Of a DNA stretch of 64,000 bases, positions 45,711 to 55,451 are shown piece after piece. The position numbers and the translations under genes are program-made. The notes below the pieces were generated by a model. That model was not told where the DNA came from, searched no databases, and saw only the letters and a program-made list of their open reading frames with translations. This DNA is from Candidatus Cryptobacteroides sp. (GTDB lineage: Bacteria; Bacteroidota; Bacteroidia; Bacteroidales; UBA932): positions 14,627-78,626 of the forward strand of contig JAZRVQ010000048.1 of NCBI GenBank assembly GCA_045599265.1, given 5' to 3'. The stretch's first letter is position 1; each line of letters begins with the position of its first letter.

Positions 45711-48119
45711 ATGAAGAACATGATGGACATAAACGAAATAATGATGCCGGGCGGGGCGGAGGTGAATATAATCCCCGTGATGCAGGGTGAAAGCCTGCCG
45801 AAGGTGGACATTTCCGAGTTGCCGGACTCGCTGCCGATTCTGGCGCTGCGCAATGCGGTGCTGTTTCCGGGCTGCATCTATCCTATCACGATAGGTCGCG
45901 AGAAGTCGATGAAACTCATCAGCGACGCGGAGAAGCACAACCTTTTCCTCGGCGCAGTGCCGCAGAACGACCTTTCCATTGAAGACCCGAAGATAGAGGA
46001 CCTTTTCACGCACGGAACCGTAGCCAAGGTGATGAAGACACTCGAGATGCCGGACGGCACGGTGACCGCAATCCTGCAGGGCATGAAGCGCTTCGAGCTG
46101 GAAGACATCGTCGAATACGAGCCATATATGCTCGGCAGGGTGCGTTATCTCAACGACATACCGGCCAGCAATGACGACGCCAAGAACAGGGTCGTCCTCG
46201 AATCCCTCAAGGACAAGGCCGTCACAGTGCTGAAAATGGGCAATTTCGCTCCGAAAGAGTCCATTTCGGCGCTCAAATCCATCGACGACCTCGAGTTTCT
46301 GGTCAATTTCATCGCCACCACAATCGAGGTGGAGAACTATCTGGACAAGGTGCGCCTGCTCTCATACGACGACATCCACATCCGCGGGATGAAACTCCTC
46401 AGTCTGCTTGACACCCAGATCGAACTGCTCAAGATCAAGCAGGACATCAATGCCAAGGTCAAGAGCGAGATAGACCAGCAGCAGAGGGAATACTACCTCA
46501 ACAACCAGCTCAAGACCATCCAGGAAGAGCTCGGCATGGACGAAATGGAGGATTTCGAAAAGTTCCGCGCCAGGGCCGAGGAGAAGATGTGGGCTCCTGC
46601 AGTGCAGGAAATCTTCGAGAAGGAGATGCAGAAACTGGAGCGCTACAACCCGACGTCGCCTGACTACAGCATCCAGTACAATTATATTCAGTTCATGCTC
46701 GACCTGCCTTGGGGCTATATCAGCGAGGACAACCTCGACCTCAAGCATGCCCAGAAGGTTCTGGACGAAGACCATTTCGGTCTCGACAAAGTCAAGGAAA
46801 GAATCATCGAGTACCTGGCCGTGCTGAAGCTCAAGGGAGACATGAAGTCCCCTATCCTCTGCCTCTACGGCCCTCCGGGCGTGGGAAAGACCAGTCTCGG
46901 CAAATCGATTGCACGGGCACTCGGGCGCAAGTACATGCGCATCGCCCTCGGCGGCACACATGACGAGTCAGAGATACGCGGACACCGCAAGACCTATATC
47001 GGAGCCCTTCCGGGACGCATCCTCAACGCCATCAACCGTGCCGGCACATCCAACCCAGTCATCGTCCTCGACGAGATCGACAAGATTGGCAGCGACTTCA
47101 AGGGCGACCCGTCGTCGGCCCTGCTTGAAGTACTTGACCCTGAACAGAATACAACATTCCACGACAACTATCTCGACATCGACTACGACCTGTCGAACGT
47201 GCTCTTCATAACCACCGCCAACGGTATCAGCAACATCCAGCCGGCCCTCAAGGACCGTATGGAGATGATCAATGTAAGCGGCTATCTGGCAGAGGAGAAG
47301 GCGGAGATTGCGGCTCATTACCTTGTGCCGAAGCAGATGGAAGAGCACGGTCTCGAAAAGGGCAAGCTCAAGATCAGCAAGCCGGCCATCAGAGAGATTA
47401 TCGACCGGTACACCCATGAGTCGGGAGTCCGCGGACTTGACAAGCAGATTGCCAAGATTGCGCGCGTGACCGCCAAGAAGATTGCCCTCGAAGAGGAATA
47501 TCCGGACACGATAAAGCCCGAACACCTCAAGGAATATCTCGGTCTCCCGACCAACTTCCACGACCTCCAGAAGGGCAACGAGGCCCCAGGAGTCGTCACC
47601 GGACTCGCCTGGACAGAGATGGGCGGGGAGATACTCTTCATCGAGAGCAGCATCAGCAAGGGCAAGGGCATCCTGACAATGACAGGCAATCTGGGTGACG
47701 TGATGAAGGAGTCGGCCACAATCGCCTACCAGTACATCAAGGCACACCCTGAAATGGCCCGCCTGACATACGAGGAGTTCGCCGAGAAGGACGTGCACGT
47801 GCATGTCCCTGAGGGCGCTGTGCCGAAGGATGGCCCTTCAGCCGGCATCACGATGGTAAGTTCGATGGTATCGGCATTCCGCGGCGAGAAGATCAAGAGC
47901 GGCGTGGCGATGACCGGAGAGATGACACTCCGCGGGCGCGTGCTCCCTGTAGGCGGCATCAAGGAGAAAATCCTCGCCGCAAAGCGTTCAGGAGTGCATA
48001 CGATCGTGATTTCCGAGGAGAACCGCAAGGACGTCGAAGACATCCAGGAAATCTACGTCAAGGGCCTCACGTTCCATTATGTCAAGACTATCGATGAAGT
48101 GATAGATTTCATTTTCTGA
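45711..48119 (+). CDS. lon: Endopeptidase La (Lon protease)
   Basis: LON N-domain, Walker A motif GPPGVGKTS, and the protease Ser motif PKDGPSAG. Start at ATG 45711 (MKNMMDINE). Confidence 0.95.
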   Translation: MKNMMDINEIMMPGGAEVNIIPVMQGESLPKVDISELPDSLPILALRNAVLFPGCIYPITIGREKSMKLISDAEKHNLFLGAVPQNDLSIEDPKIEDLFTHGTVAKVMKTLEMPDGTVTAILQGMKRFELEDIVEYEPYMLGRVRYLNDIPASNDDAKNRVVLESLKDKAVTVLKMGNFAPKESISALKSIDDLEFLVNFIATTIEVENYLDKVRLLSYDDIHIRGMKLLSLLDTQIELLKIKQDINAKVKSEIDQQQREYYLNNQLKTIQEELGMDEMEDFEKFRARAEEKMWAPAVQEIFEKEMQKLERYNPTSPDYSIQYNYIQFMLDLPWGYISEDNLDLKHAQKVLDEDHFGLDKVKERIIEYLAVLKLKGDMKSPILCLYGPPGVGKTSLGKSIARALGRKYMRIALGGTHDESEIRGHRKTYIGALPGRILNAINRAGTSNPVIVLDEIDKIGSDFKGDPSSALLEVLDPEQNTTFHDNYLDIDYDLSNVLFITTANGISNIQPALKDRMEMINVSGYLAEEKAEIAAHYLVPKQMEEHGLEKGKLKISKPAIREIIDRYTHESGVRGLDKQIAKIARVTAKKIALEEEYPDTIKPEHLKEYLGLPTNFHDLQKGNEAPGVVTGLAWTEMGGEILFIESSISKGKGILTMTGNLGDVMKESATIAYQYIKAHPEMARLTYEEFAEKDVHVHVPEGAVPKDGPSAGITMVSSMVSAFRGEKIKSGVAMTGEMTLRGRVLPVGGIKEKILAAKRSGVHTIVISEENRKDVEDIQEIYVKGLTFHYVKTIDEVIDFIF

Positions 48120-48787
48120 TGGATGTAAGGATTGAACAGAGCTGGAAGACGGCATTGGATGCGGAGTTCGGGAAACCGTACTTCGCATCGCTTGTTGAGT
48201 TCCTGCACGGAGAAAAGGCGGCCGGCAAGGCCATTTACCCTCCGGGCAGCCAGATATTCCGCGCATTCGACCTGACCCCGGTGGACAAGGTCAAGGTGGT
48301 CATTCTGGGACAGGACCCCTACCACAACCCCGGACAGGCGATGGGCCTGTCGTTCTCCGTTCCTGACGGAGTGCCCGCTCCCCCATCGTTGAAAAACATT
48401 TTCCAGGAGATACGCACCGACTGCGGCATCACCATGAGCGGATATCCGAACCTCGAGAAATGGGCCCGCCAGGGCGTCCTTCTTCTGAACGCAATCCTCA
48501 CAGTGGAGGCCTACAAGGCAGCATCTCACAGCAAAATAGGCTGGGAAGAGTTCACGGACGCAGTGATCAGATACCTTTCGGACAACTGTGAAGGCATCGT
48601 ATTTCTGCTCTGGGGCAATTTTGCCCGCAGCAAACGCGGCCTGATCGACACCTCCAGGCATTATGTCCTCGAGGCCGCACACCCATCCCCGCTGGCACGC
48701 GGTGCATTTTTCGGGTGCAGGCATTTCTCACAGACAAACAACATTCTCATTTCACAGGGCAAGACGCCCATAGACTGGCAGTTATGA
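48119..48787 (+). CDS. ung: Uracil-DNA glycosylase
   Basis: GQDPYH, LLLN and HPSPL motifs. 222 aa. Confidence 0.95.
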   Translation: MDVRIEQSWKTALDAEFGKPYFASLVEFLHGEKAAGKAIYPPGSQIFRAFDLTPVDKVKVVILGQDPYHNPGQAMGLSFSVPDGVPAPPSLKNIFQEIRTDCGITMSGYPNLEKWARQGVLLLNAILTVEAYKAASHSKIGWEEFTDAVIRYLSDNCEGIVFLLWGNFARSKRGLIDTSRHYVLEAAHPSPLARGAFFGCRHFSQTNNILISQGKTPIDWQL

Positions 48788-49242
48788 AAAGGCAGGCATT
48801 ATTTCCGGGTTCGTTCGACCCGTTCACCGCAGGTCATCTCAACATATTGAAAAGGGCTCTCACGATGTTCGACGAAGTCGTTGTGGCCGTCGGTATCAAC
48901 CAGGACAAGAGAGGATTCTATTCCAACGAGAAGAAGCTCGAAATCATCCGCCAGGCCACGGCCGGGATGGACAGCGTGAAGGTCATCGAATACAGCAACC
49001 TCACCATCGACACCTGCCGTCAGCTGGGCATCAGGCACATTGTGCGCGGAGTCAGGAACATGCTCGACTTCGAGGCCGAAAGGTCCATCGCCGATGCCAA
49101 CAGGCGTCTGGCCCCCGAAATCGAGACCATCATCATCCCGACAGCCCAGGAGTTCGCACACATTTCCAGCACCGCTGTGCGCGACATCATCAAGCACAAC
49201 GGAGACGCTTCGGCCTTCCTCCCGGAAGGGGTCAAACTCTGA
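48784..49242 (+). CDS. coaD: Pantetheine-phosphate adenylyltransferase
   Basis: LFPGSFDPFTAGHLNIL and ISSTAVRD motifs. ATGA overlap with ung. Confidence 0.95.
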   Translation: MKRQALFPGSFDPFTAGHLNILKRALTMFDEVVVAVGINQDKRGFYSNEKKLEIIRQATAGMDSVKVIEYSNLTIDTCRQLGIRHIVRGVRNMLDFEAERSIADANRRLAPEIETIIIPTAQEFAHISSTAVRDIIKHNGDASAFLPEGVKL

Positions 49243-50721
49243 TTAAAAAAGGATATATCGGCGCAGGACGGTTCCCTTTCTGTCAAGGTAGATGCAGTAC
49301 GGGAACAGGGACAGGTCGAAACTGTCCAGCAGTTCATCCTGAATATCAGCCGAGTCACATGTAACCTTCAGCACCTGAGGGAATTTCTTGTCGGCAGCCA
49401 GAAGGCTGTCGATTTTCTGTGACTGCTCACGGCATTCGCTGCACATCTCGAGATGGAAGAACACGTACGAAGGTCTTCTCAAACGGGACAGGCGATAAGA
49501 TTTCAAGGCAGGAGTGCGTCTTTTCCTGACATCCCGGTGTCTGAACAGGCATCCCTGCACATCAACGTCCGGTACAGTCCGGCCGGCAGCGGCCTTCTCC
49601 AGCAATGATTTCTGGACCAGAGCAAGGTCCACGACGGTAAGGGAGTCTTCCAGACTGTTCCATATCTCCGGACGGGCCTCTATCTGTTCTTCGATAAAAG
49701 CCAATTCACCGGCCTTGTAGCCCTCTCCGCGTGCCATTGCGAGATAGTACAGCAGATCCCCGGTCATCTGGCGGAAGAGCGTGGTGTCCCCCGATTCGTC
49801 CAGAGTGCGGGCGGCTATGTGGCGCGACACCGAGAGCACATCTTCTGCGCTCACCTGGTGTCCATCCACGGCAAGCGGGGCGAACACAGAATCATAGAAA
49901 TCCATGCTTTCACCCTCGCCATAGACAAGTGAAGGGTGGGCAAAAAGGGCATCCAGCATAGTCTGGAGCGCAGTAGAGGTCAGTCCTCTGCCCACAATGA
50001 CGCCGTCAGGATCGACAAGGAACATCCTCGGGGTCTGTGTCACGCCATACTTTTTCTGGAACTCCATGGTCCGGTCCGCATCCCGGAGATTGGTGACGGC
50101 CGTCCGCTGCGTATCAAGCGTGAACTGGCGTCCAACATAGCCACGCCACTGGTCCATGCGGTCCCCAACATATACCGGGAACACATCCACCGGCCAGTCA
50201 TTCTCTTCCAGGACCGTGTGGAGCATGACAGATTCGATGCTGCATTTCGGGCATTCCACATCGTAGAAATAGATGACATTGTACCTGCCCGGTGACGGGA
50301 TTGCGACCTTCCCGCCCTCAAATGTGTCCAGGACCAGTTCCGGCGCCCTGTTCCCTATCAGCGAAGCCCTGTTGAACTCGGCGAACATCTCTGCCCTTGA
50401 CGCCTCATAATCATCGTCAAAATGGAGGCTTCCATCCGCGAACCAGATGTCATAGATATGTATGGCGACATTTTCCGCGCCCATCAGGCGGGATGTGAAG
50501 TAATGATTGTACAGCAGTGTGGCCACGTAATTACGCACGGCGATGTCTTCACACGAGGCGATCATGAAATCTGTCTCCGCGCACTGCACGTCGATGGATT
50601 CGGACTCGATGGCCTTGCAGTATTCGTCAAGTTTCGCCTTCAACGCACCGTTCCGGTCCACCTGCGCGAACACGTCGGTGACCAGGACAAGCGCAAATAT
50701 GATCAGCAGCAGTCTTTTCAT
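49243..50721 (-). CDS. Thioredoxin-fold protein with a signal peptide (DUF5106/TlpA-like)
   Basis: MKRLLLIIFALVLVTDVFAQ signal peptide. There is a CxxC motif (YDVECPKC), and a second thioredoxin-like half contains CSEC. ATGA overlap with rluD. Confidence 0.65.
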   Translation of the reverse strand: MKRLLLIIFALVLVTDVFAQVDRNGALKAKLDEYCKAIESESIDVQCAETDFMIASCEDIAVRNYVATLLYNHYFTSRLMGAENVAIHIYDIWFADGSLHFDDDYEASRAEMFAEFNRASLIGNRAPELVLDTFEGGKVAIPSPGRYNVIYFYDVECPKCSIESVMLHTVLEENDWPVDVFPVYVGDRMDQWRGYVGRQFTLDTQRTAVTNLRDADRTMEFQKKYGVTQTPRMFLVDPDGVIVGRGLTSTALQTMLDALFAHPSLVYGEGESMDFYDSVFAPLAVDGHQVSAEDVLSVSRHIAARTLDESGDTTLFRQMTGDLLYYLAMARGEGYKAGELAFIEEQIEARPEIWNSLEDSLTVVDLALVQKSLLEKAAAGRTVPDVDVQGCLFRHRDVRKRRTPALKSYRLSRLRRPSYVFFHLEMCSECREQSQKIDSLLAADKKFPQVLKVTCDSADIQDELLDSFDLSLFPYCIYLDRKGTVLRRYILF

Positions 50722-51764
50722 TGCATTGAGGATGAATATGCGCGCCATTTATCGATGAGGGCTGTCATGTCGTCCGGGAGGTCGGAGTCGAAGCGGATCA
50801 TCTTGCCGGTCGTCGGGTGCACAAAGCCCAGGGTCTTGGCGTGCAGGGCCTGGCGCGGCAGTATCTTGAAGCAGTTCTCGATGAACTGGCGGTACTTGGC
50901 ATAAATGGTGCCCTGCCTTATCTCGGCACCGTCATAACGTTCGTCGTTGAACAGCGGATGACCGATATAATTGAAATGGACACGTATCTGGTGGGTCCTG
51001 CCGGTCTCGAGGCGGCACTCCACGACAGTCACGAAGCCGAAACGCTCCAGAACCTTGTAGTGGGTTATGGCCGTCTTGCCGGTCTCCCCGTCAGGGAACA
51101 CCTTGAAACGCATCCTGTCGGACGGATCACGCCCGATATTGCCCACGATCGTCCCCTCGTCATCCTTGATGTTGCCCCATACAACGGCGATGTAGCGGCG
51201 TTCGATGGAATGCACGAAGAACTGTTTTGCCAGATTGAGCTGGGCCTCTTCGTTCTTCGCCACGACAAGAAGGCCTGATGTGTCCTTGTCGATACGGTGC
51301 ACAAGCACGCCCATCCTTTCGTCTGCTGCGTCAGGGCCCTGCGATATTCCCAGATGATATGCCAGGGCATTGACAAGCGTCCCGCTGAAATGGCCGTGTC
51401 CCGGATGCACCACCAGGCCGGCGGGTTTGTTGATGACGACGACATCATCATCCTCATAGATAATGTCAAGAGGGATGTTTTCGGGAAGGATTTCCAGTCC
51501 GCGCCTCTCGTACGGCATCACGAAGGTGACGACATCTCCGGGGCGCACGATGCAGTTGGCCTTAGCCGTCCTGTCGTTGACACGGACATAATCGGACTTT
51601 ATGGCCATCTGGATGCGGTGCCTGGATGTATATTCCATGTGCATCGCAAGGTATTTGTCCACACGGACAGGCTCCTGACCGGATGTTATCTCGAACCGGT
51701 AATGTTCGAACATCCCGTCATCGCTGGTCTCGTCTATTCTCTCCTCGTCGTCAAGATCTGTCAT
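50718..51764 (-). CDS. rluD: RluA/RluD family pseudouridine synthase
   Basis: S4 domain (RVDKYL), with HRIDKDTSGLLVVAK and GRTHQIRVH motifs. Confidence 0.9.
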   Translation of the reverse strand: MTDLDDEERIDETSDDGMFEHYRFEITSGQEPVRVDKYLAMHMEYTSRHRIQMAIKSDYVRVNDRTAKANCIVRPGDVVTFVMPYERRGLEILPENIPLDIIYEDDDVVVINKPAGLVVHPGHGHFSGTLVNALAYHLGISQGPDAADERMGVLVHRIDKDTSGLLVVAKNEEAQLNLAKQFFVHSIERRYIAVVWGNIKDDEGTIVGNIGRDPSDRMRFKVFPDGETGKTAITHYKVLERFGFVTVVECRLETGRTHQIRVHFNYIGHPLFNDERYDGAEIRQGTIYAKYRQFIENCFKILPRQALHAKTLGFVHPTTGKMIRFDSDLPDDMTALIDKWRAYSSSMQ

Positions 51765-52537
51765 TTGGCCTTCTTTTCAGGGTCTGTGGTAAGATAAAGA
51801 GTCACTTCGCTGCCCATGAACACGACACCGCTCTGCGGGGTCTGGCGATAGACAGTGGCGCTGAGGCTGTCTGCATAATTATGGACACTCTCGTCGAATA
51901 TGAGTTTCTTCACATTGAGGTATGAATCCTGTACGACGCTGGTGGCTGCCTGCCCCGTGAGTCCGAGCACTTTAGGAACCGCAGTGGTGTTGTCAGACGA
52001 ATTCAATCCTATCACAAGGTCGATTGCAGAATCGCTGTCCAAAGTCTTTCCAGCCCTGATGTTCCTGCCATTATAGAGCTGGCGGAGCACATTGTTGGAA
52101 GCCATGTCGGCCTGATATATCAACTTTCCGACACGCAGTCCGCGTGACTGGATCTCAGCCTTTGCCTGTCTGGTTGAATAGCCCACGACATTGGGGACAA
52201 TAACCTTCTTGGCAGTCATGGCATTGATAGTCAGACTGATCTTGCGGCCTTTCTTGACCTGGCTGCCCTCCACAGGATCCTGGCGGTAAACATATCCGTG
52301 AGGCATTCTCTTGACGAATACGCTGTCATTCACCTGTACCCTGAGGCCGGAGGCGGTTGCGACAGAATCGGCCTGTGCGACAGACATATTGACCAGCGCC
52401 GGTGTTTCGATCACCTTGTTGTGATAAGTGAAAACCTTCAGGAACTGAGCCGTCGCTATTAACACTGCAGTAGCTATTGCTACAGCAAGAAGGACGTTCC
52501 TGACCACCCAGTTTGTTATTATATCCTTGAAACTCAT
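51761..52537 (-). CDS. PASTA domain-containing membrane protein
   Basis: An N-terminal TM anchor is followed by three PASTA-like repeats (P.LVNMS...A, VPNVVGYSTRQAKAEI, VPKVLGLTGQAA). Confidence 0.75.
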   Translation of the reverse strand: MSFKDIITNWVVRNVLLAVAIATAVLIATAQFLKVFTYHNKVIETPALVNMSVAQADSVATASGLRVQVNDSVFVKRMPHGYVYRQDPVEGSQVKKGRKISLTINAMTAKKVIVPNVVGYSTRQAKAEIQSRGLRVGKLIYQADMASNNVLRQLYNGRNIRAGKTLDSDSAIDLVIGLNSSDNTTAVPKVLGLTGQAATSVVQDSYLNVKKLIFDESVHNYADSLSATVYRQTPQSGVVFMGSEVTLYLTTDPEKKAK

Positions 52538-52546
52538 ATAGATAAG

Positions 52547-53179
52547 TTATTTTTGAAAAATCAACGAAAATGCGCCGTCAGCGGCAAGTGCAAGGCCCAG
52601 CACAATGACGATGGCGCCGGTTATCCTGTTCACCCAGATGATGGATGTGACCCTGATGACCTTGCGGAACCTGGATACGACGGTCGCGAATCCAAGCCAG
52701 TACAGCGCCGCACCACCGGCGACAGAGAGAATTATGGGAGCGACATTCCAGTCCTGGTCCGTGCCCACGCCGAAGAATGCGAAAAGGGCGAATATGACCA
52801 GGATGGCCCCCGGATTGGAGAACCCCATCGCGACTGCTTTGAGGAAGTCTTTCGGGGAAATCGTGCTGTCAGGCATCTCCGACGTGACCTTGCGGAAAGG
52901 ATTGGAGAACATCATGCTGGTACCCAGCGCCGCCACTATGGCGCCGCCTGCAAGCAGGAACCAGTCCCTGTTGTCGGAAAGGAAGCCCTGCACAAAGGCA
53001 AGTGCGAATATTGCGATGATGGAATATACAGTATCGACCAGCACGGACCCCAGACCTGCCACAAATCCGGCGTTGCGGCCCTTGCTCAGGGACAGTTGAA
53101 TGACAAGGATGGCTATCGGCCCCAACGGGGCTGATGCACAAATTCCTATGAGGAAACCTTTGAGAACGTCAATCAACAT
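52547..53179 (-). CDS. LysE/RhtB family amino-acid exporter
   Basis: About 210 aa with six TM segments. N-terminal GPIAILVIQLSLSKGR-type motif. Start at ATG 53179. Confidence 0.8.
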   Translation of the reverse strand: MLIDVLKGFLIGICASAPLGPIAILVIQLSLSKGRNAGFVAGLGSVLVDTVYSIIAIFALAFVQGFLSDNRDWFLLAGGAIVAALGTSMMFSNPFRKVTSEMPDSTISPKDFLKAVAMGFSNPGAILVIFALFAFFGVGTDQDWNVAPIILSVAGGAALYWLGFATVVSRFRKVIRVTSIIWVNRITGAIVIVLGLALAADGAFSLIFQK

Positions 53180-53221
53180 ATCTGTGAGAACACAATCGGG
53201 CAAATTTACTAATAAAATTCA

Positions 53222-53229
53222 TATCTTTG
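53222..53229 (+). promoter_or_regulatory. -7 promoter box (TATCTTTG)
   Basis: Matches TAnnTTTG, 18 nt upstream of the lnt ATG. Confidence 0.45.
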
Positions 53230-53247
53230 CGAAAATTGAATGTTTAG

Positions 53248-55032
53248 ATGAAAAACAAACTCACTATATGGGGGCTGCTCGCACTGTCCGCAGTCTTGAT
53301 GTCGATACCGTTCCTGGTACCGCACTGTGGTTTTGTCGCACTTTTCGGGTTCGTGCCCCTGCTCTGCGCAGACAAGATGGCCACCGACCAGAAGGTAAAG
53401 CACTTCTGGTGGTATTATTACCTGTGCTTCCTTGGATGGAACCTGCTCTCCACATGGTGGGTATGCAACGCCACCGTCGGCGGAGGACTCTTCGCTTCAC
53501 TGGCGAATGCTCTCCAGATGGCAGTGATTTTCGCTCTTTTCCGCCTTTCCAAGAAAAAGTTCTCCGGTGCCCTGCCATACATATTCCTGACTGTCACTTG
53601 GATAGCATGGGAACGGTTCTACTTCGACGCCGAAATCTCATGGCCGTGGCTGACGCTCGGAAATGCATTTGCCCGCAGTGTGGGCAGCATACAGTGGTAC
53701 GAATACACCGGTTCGCTTGGAGGTTCCCTGTGGATCTGGGCATCCAACCTGACACTGTTCGGCATGATGGTGTTCCTTGGGGACGGGCGCTTCTTCGACA
53801 GGTGGAACGGCAAGGCAAGGGCGGCATGGCTCACATGGGCGGCTGTCATCATCGCCTGTCCGTTCATCATTTCCGGCATCATCTGGCACAACTACAAGGA
53901 GGTCGAGAAGCCCCTGGAAGTTCTTGTCACCCAGCCGGACATCGACCCGTACTACAAATTCGGACATCTGACCCAGGCACAGCAGGACGAGATTCTTTTC
54001 CACATAGTCGACTCGACAATGACAGGCTCGGCCGAGAAACTGTCCTTCGGGGTGCCGCGCCATGACGGCATAGACAACGTCAGCAGCACATCCGTCCTGA
54101 CAAAGCGCAATTCCGGCGAGGACGACATGTACGTGGCAGTGAACGACACCATCGCCGCATCTCTCCAAGACAGCGCCGGGACACCGGTGCAGGAGCGTCC
54201 GCTGCTGATCATCGCCCCTGAGACCTTCAACGGGGGGCTTGTCACCAACAGCATGAAACTCAACAAGTCGTGGGACTCATACCACGGAATGCTGAAAAAA
54301 TATCCGGGGGCCAATTTCCTCTTCGGTGCATCGGCATACGAGTACATCCAGAGCGCAAAAGCGCCGTCCTATACGGCCAGGAAGGCCGGTGACGGTCTCT
54401 GGACCGAGTCACACAATGCCGGAGTGATGATGGACGGAAACGGTGATGGAGAGGTTTTCTTCAAGACCAAACTTGTCGTCGGCACGGAATACATGCCATA
54501 CCCGAGGCTGCTCGGCAAACTTGATGACAAACTCGGTGGAGTCATAGGACGCTGCACGGGCCAGGATGAGATTTCCTGCCTGCATTACCGCTCGAATGAC
54601 GGGAAGACTGTCATTCCTGTGGGTTGCGCTGTCTGCTACGAGTCGGTGTATGGTGAATATTGCACCGGCTATGTACGGAAGGGCGCCCAGATGATCGCGG
54701 TCATCACAAATGATGCATGGTGGGGTGATACGGCCGGATACAAGCAGCATTGCAGTTATTCCAGCATACGTGCCATCGAGACCAGGCGCAGCATCGCAAG
54801 AAGTGCCAATTCGGGCATTTCCTGTCTCATCAATCAGCGCGGAGAGATCACCGAGAGCCGCGGATGGTGGGAAAGGACTTCCATTCTCGGCACGGTCAAC
54901 CTCAACACCCGCCAGACATTCTTCGTACAGCATGGAGACATAACAGGAAGAATCGGCACTTTCTGCTTCATCCTCCTGTTGCTCGCTCTCGTTGTCCGCC
55001 TCATCACGACGAGACGCAGAAAAATCCGTTAA
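53248..55032 (+). CDS. lnt: Apolipoprotein N-acyltransferase
   Basis: 594 aa. N-terminal multi-TM region, a CN-hydrolase domain (APET, CYESVYG catalytic Cys, ITNDAWWG), and a C-terminal TM helix. Confidence 0.9.
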   Translation: MKNKLTIWGLLALSAVLMSIPFLVPHCGFVALFGFVPLLCADKMATDQKVKHFWWYYYLCFLGWNLLSTWWVCNATVGGGLFASLANALQMAVIFALFRLSKKKFSGALPYIFLTVTWIAWERFYFDAEISWPWLTLGNAFARSVGSIQWYEYTGSLGGSLWIWASNLTLFGMMVFLGDGRFFDRWNGKARAAWLTWAAVIIACPFIISGIIWHNYKEVEKPLEVLVTQPDIDPYYKFGHLTQAQQDEILFHIVDSTMTGSAEKLSFGVPRHDGIDNVSSTSVLTKRNSGEDDMYVAVNDTIAASLQDSAGTPVQERPLLIIAPETFNGGLVTNSMKLNKSWDSYHGMLKKYPGANFLFGASAYEYIQSAKAPSYTARKAGDGLWTESHNAGVMMDGNGDGEVFFKTKLVVGTEYMPYPRLLGKLDDKLGGVIGRCTGQDEISCLHYRSNDGKTVIPVGCAVCYESVYGEYCTGYVRKGAQMIAVITNDAWWGDTAGYKQHCSYSSIRAIETRRSIARSANSGISCLINQRGEITESRGWWERTSILGTVNLNTRQTFFVQHGDITGRIGTFCFILLLLALVVRLITTRRRKIR

Positions 55033-55248
55033 TACCTCGTCGGCAGAGCCTGGCTCGATGGAATGTCCACTCGTAATGGTGGTTGTAGTCGTCTTCGGTT
55101 GTTCTGCGCCGGATTCCTCTTCATCTACCAGAAGTTCTTGACCTTGAGGATCCCTGGCACGGAATCCACACATTGTGAGCCATGTTTATTCTTGTTACAA
55201 ATGTCTGAAGACAAATATCCCAAGGCAGCCGGAGAACCTGTTGTGCGC

Positions 55249-55362
55249 GGTCTGCAAAAATCGCGCAGATTGCGCACATTAGAAAAAAGCAAATAGCTAT
55301 CTATCAGCATATTAGAATTTTCCACTATGCTCGGTCTGCCAACATTTTGCAGATTGCGCACA
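55249..55362 (+). promoter_or_regulatory. Two ~30-nt imperfect direct repeats sharing a perfect 14-nt core GCAGATTGCGCACA
   Basis: Copy 1 (55249-55278) is GGTCTGCAAAAATCGCGCAGATTGCGCACA. Copy 2 (55333-55362) is GGTCTGCCAACATTTTGCAGATTGCGCACA. They are 84 bp apart, and the core contains the palindrome GCA-GAT-TGC. Confidence 0.4.
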
Positions 55363-55399
55363 AAAACATGAGCGGTCACGCATCCCTGATGGCCTGGCT

Positions 55400-55426
55400 G
55401 GTGGGTCGCAGATCCCCCACCTTTTG
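55400..55426 (+). terminator. Terminator-like hairpin on the plus strand
   Basis: GGTGGG-TCGCAGATCC-CCCACC is followed by TTTTG. There is no annotated plus-strand gene within 370 nt upstream. Confidence 0.4.
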
Positions 55427-55451
55427 CACCACAATGTGGTTATTTTCTTGT

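Noticed and set aside
46362-47804. 199-aa and 278-aa minus-strand ORFs
   Set aside because: They are antisense to lon and have no motifs.
54409-55173. 254-aa minus-strand ORF
   Set aside because: It is mostly antisense to lnt. The ~45 codons lying in the intergenic region have no independent support.
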